64,000 nt of DNA, from the IMG/VR virus record IMGVR_UViG_3300033463_000102; one strand, 5' to 3'. The stretch's first letter is position 1. The number at the start of each line of letters is the position of its first letter. Source of the stretch: an uncultured virus (IMG/VR IMGVR_UViG_3300033463_000102). Lineage: Duplodnaviria > Heunggongvirae > Uroviricota > Caudoviricetes. Below, in pieces: positions 62,410-64,000 of the stretch. The position numbers and the translations under genes are program-made. Under the pieces are notes generated by a model. It was not told the DNA's origin and ran no database searches. It saw only the letters and a list, made by a program, of their open reading frames with translations.

Positions 62410-63072
62410 TTAGTAATTGGCGTCCTTCGGCTTGTCTGAGTAAACGTGGACCCTGCCACTATACACTTTAAGGCCATTGAATGCTGCCCACGGACTCCAC
62501 AATTTTTCACAGCAGTAGCCGAAGAAACGCTTGGAATCCTTGGGCGCCTCTATATGTGCACACAGGTTGAACAGCATGGCACAGTATTCATCAACAATAT
62601 ATTCACGTCCAATGAACATGTTTGTCCAAGAAAATTCAGACGGGTAATGCGTCTTCATGTAGCGCTTGTAGAAGTCCCCGAAGCCGTTGTTGAACCTGTT
62701 CATCTTTTCGATATGGCCAATCTTGCTGTCCACGGGCATGCAGTATCGGTCCATTGTTCCGCCAAAGAAGACGTAGTTGTTCGTCAATATCACGTCGTAG
62801 TCTTTCAGGATAGCCTCGATTTCGTCAGGCTCCAAGAGGTGTGTCCCAGTCCTGTCCCAGATGGCCCTGCGGTAGTGTTCCAGCCCCTTGTATGAAACTC
62901 CGTGGACATTCTTCCAAAGGTAGTATAGCCCAGTTATTTCGTTGTACAGCGGGTTCAGCTCATCTATGTTGTCGCCTTCGTGCGGTTCGTCCACAAGGAA
63001 CTTCGTGCGGCCATGTTCAGGGGCGACATCGAACTTGTTCTTGGCCATGCCTACTGAATAAATTACCCCCAT
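62410..63072 (-). CDS. DUF4422-like glycosyltransferase
   Basis: Homolog of 30850-31512; GLEHYRR motif. Confidence 0.8.
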   Translation of the reverse strand: MGVIYSVGMAKNKFDVAPEHGRTKFLVDEPHEGDNIDELNPLYNEITGLYYLWKNVHGVSYKGLEHYRRAIWDRTGTHLLEPDEIEAILKDYDVILTNNYVFFGGTMDRYCMPVDSKIGHIEKMNRFNNGFGDFYKRYMKTHYPSEFSWTNMFIGREYIVDEYCAMLFNLCAHIEAPKDSKRFFGYCCEKLWSPWAAFNGLKVYSGRVHVYSDKPKDANY

Positions 63073-63290
63073 TCTCCAAGCCTCTCCAAGGCAGCATTGA
63101 GCAATGCCTTCTTGCAGTCCCTGCATATACAGCGGACTTCGTGGTTGCACTTGATTGCCGTTACTTCTATTGCGGCGGTAAGGTACTCGCCAGCAATCGT
63201 AGTGTCGGCATATACCTTGGTGGATTCGTCACTGACGGGCCTGTTGCACAGGTCGCAGATTATTTCTTCCGTGGTGATGATTCTTTTCAT
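63063..63290 (-). CDS. Small Zn-finger protein
   Basis: CDLC..CRDC. Confidence 0.6.
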   Translation of the reverse strand: MKRIITTEEIICDLCNRPVSDESTKVYADTTIAGEYLTAAIEVTAIKCNHEVRCICRDCKKALLNAALERLGEWG

Positions 63291-63291
63291 G

Positions 63292-64000
63292 CTATGCCTC
63301 CTTGAGCTTTCCTACGTATGGCTTGCCGTCCTTCATCGGGCGACCATTCAAAATCCACCAGTCGTACATGTAGTACGGCGAGAAGTCTATCTGCATCGGT
63401 GCGTTTATCTGTTCAAGCATGGCCGTAAGCAAGACCTCGCAATGCCATGGCTTTCCCGGCACGTCGTTGCCGTTAATCTTGATGAAGTCTTCCCACGTCA
63501 CCTGATTCTCTGCGCACCACTCACGGAAGCGCTTGCAGTTTATCCAGTAGAATGACCCGCAGTAATGGTTCTGGTAGTCCGTGCTAACAAGGTCGCCAAC
63601 ACGGCCAGGAATGGCCGCAAGGTAAGGGTCTAACCAATGTCGCTCAGTGCAGTCCACTGCCCCGTAAGTGATGCTGTCGAAGCCGTCGATGTCGAACATG
63701 TAGTCGTACATGAGGGCGTTCCAGAAGAGTATATTCTTCATGCGGAAAACGTCGTAATGACTTTTCTTTCCTTTGAAATGGATACGGGCCACCCAGTCGC
63801 AGTCTCCCTTCAAGGCCTGCCCTATGGTTTCAAGGAAGCTTATTTCCTCGCCCCTTGTGGTATCGTTCTTGATTCTTACCACGGTTATGCCGTCAAGGCC
63901 TTCGGGTATAGGAAGTTCGCTTGCATAAAACAGGATGACACGCCTGAACATCGACTTGGCCTTGCGCAGCACGTAGAGGTGTACCTGCTCGGTGGCCGTC
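63292..64000 (-). CDS. Putative glycosyltransferase-like protein (5' end beyond the window)
   Basis: Homolog of 26163-27026 (YGA.DC..WLDPYLAA.PG, YQNHY.GSF.W.NCKRFREW). Confidence 0.5.
   Translation of the reverse strand, partial: TATEQVHLYVLRKAKSMFRRVILFYASELPIPEGLDGITVVRIKNDTTRGEEISFLETIGQALKGDCDWVARIHFKGKKSHYDVFRMKNILFWNALMYDYMFDIDGFDSITYGAVDCTERHWLDPYLAAIPGRVGDLVSTDYQNHYCGSFYWINCKRFREWCAENQVTWEDFIKINGNDVPGKPWHCEVLLTAMLEQINAPMQIDFSPYYMYDWWILNGRPMKDGKPYVGKLKEA

Overview
The window is entirely phage DNA and contains two distinct but related P22-like podophage genomes. Genome A spans 1-37861 and appears complete and circularly permuted. Window bases 1-127 are identical to 37862-37988, and closing the circle restores an in-frame collagen fibre gene. 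Genome B runs from about 37862 to beyond 64000 and is partial. The join lies inside a collagen-like fibre gene at an exactly 127-nt repeat, which suggests a k=127 assembly-graph junction rather than one phage with two capsids. Each genome has its own TerS/TerL, portal, scaffold, coat, gp4/gp10-like tail, ejection proteins, tailspikes, helicase, PrimPol, SSB, HTH regulators and three glycosyltransferase-like genes. Comparing A with B exposes conserved non-coding systems. (1) A structured ncRNA cluster lies downstream of SSB: a tRNA-like RNA with a covarying extra arm displaying an anti-Shine-Dalgarno loop, an H-type pseudoknot with an anti-RBS/AUG tail, and further hairpins. (2) Each genome has a sigma-region-2/gp55-like protein and its own repeated -10-only late promoter motif (A GCATATTTTTA, B CTACTTATT). 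(3) Both have an attenuator-like leader before the helicase operon. Genome A also carries a parS-core palindrome and no recognisable integrase. All assignments come from manual motif recognition; no database searches were run.
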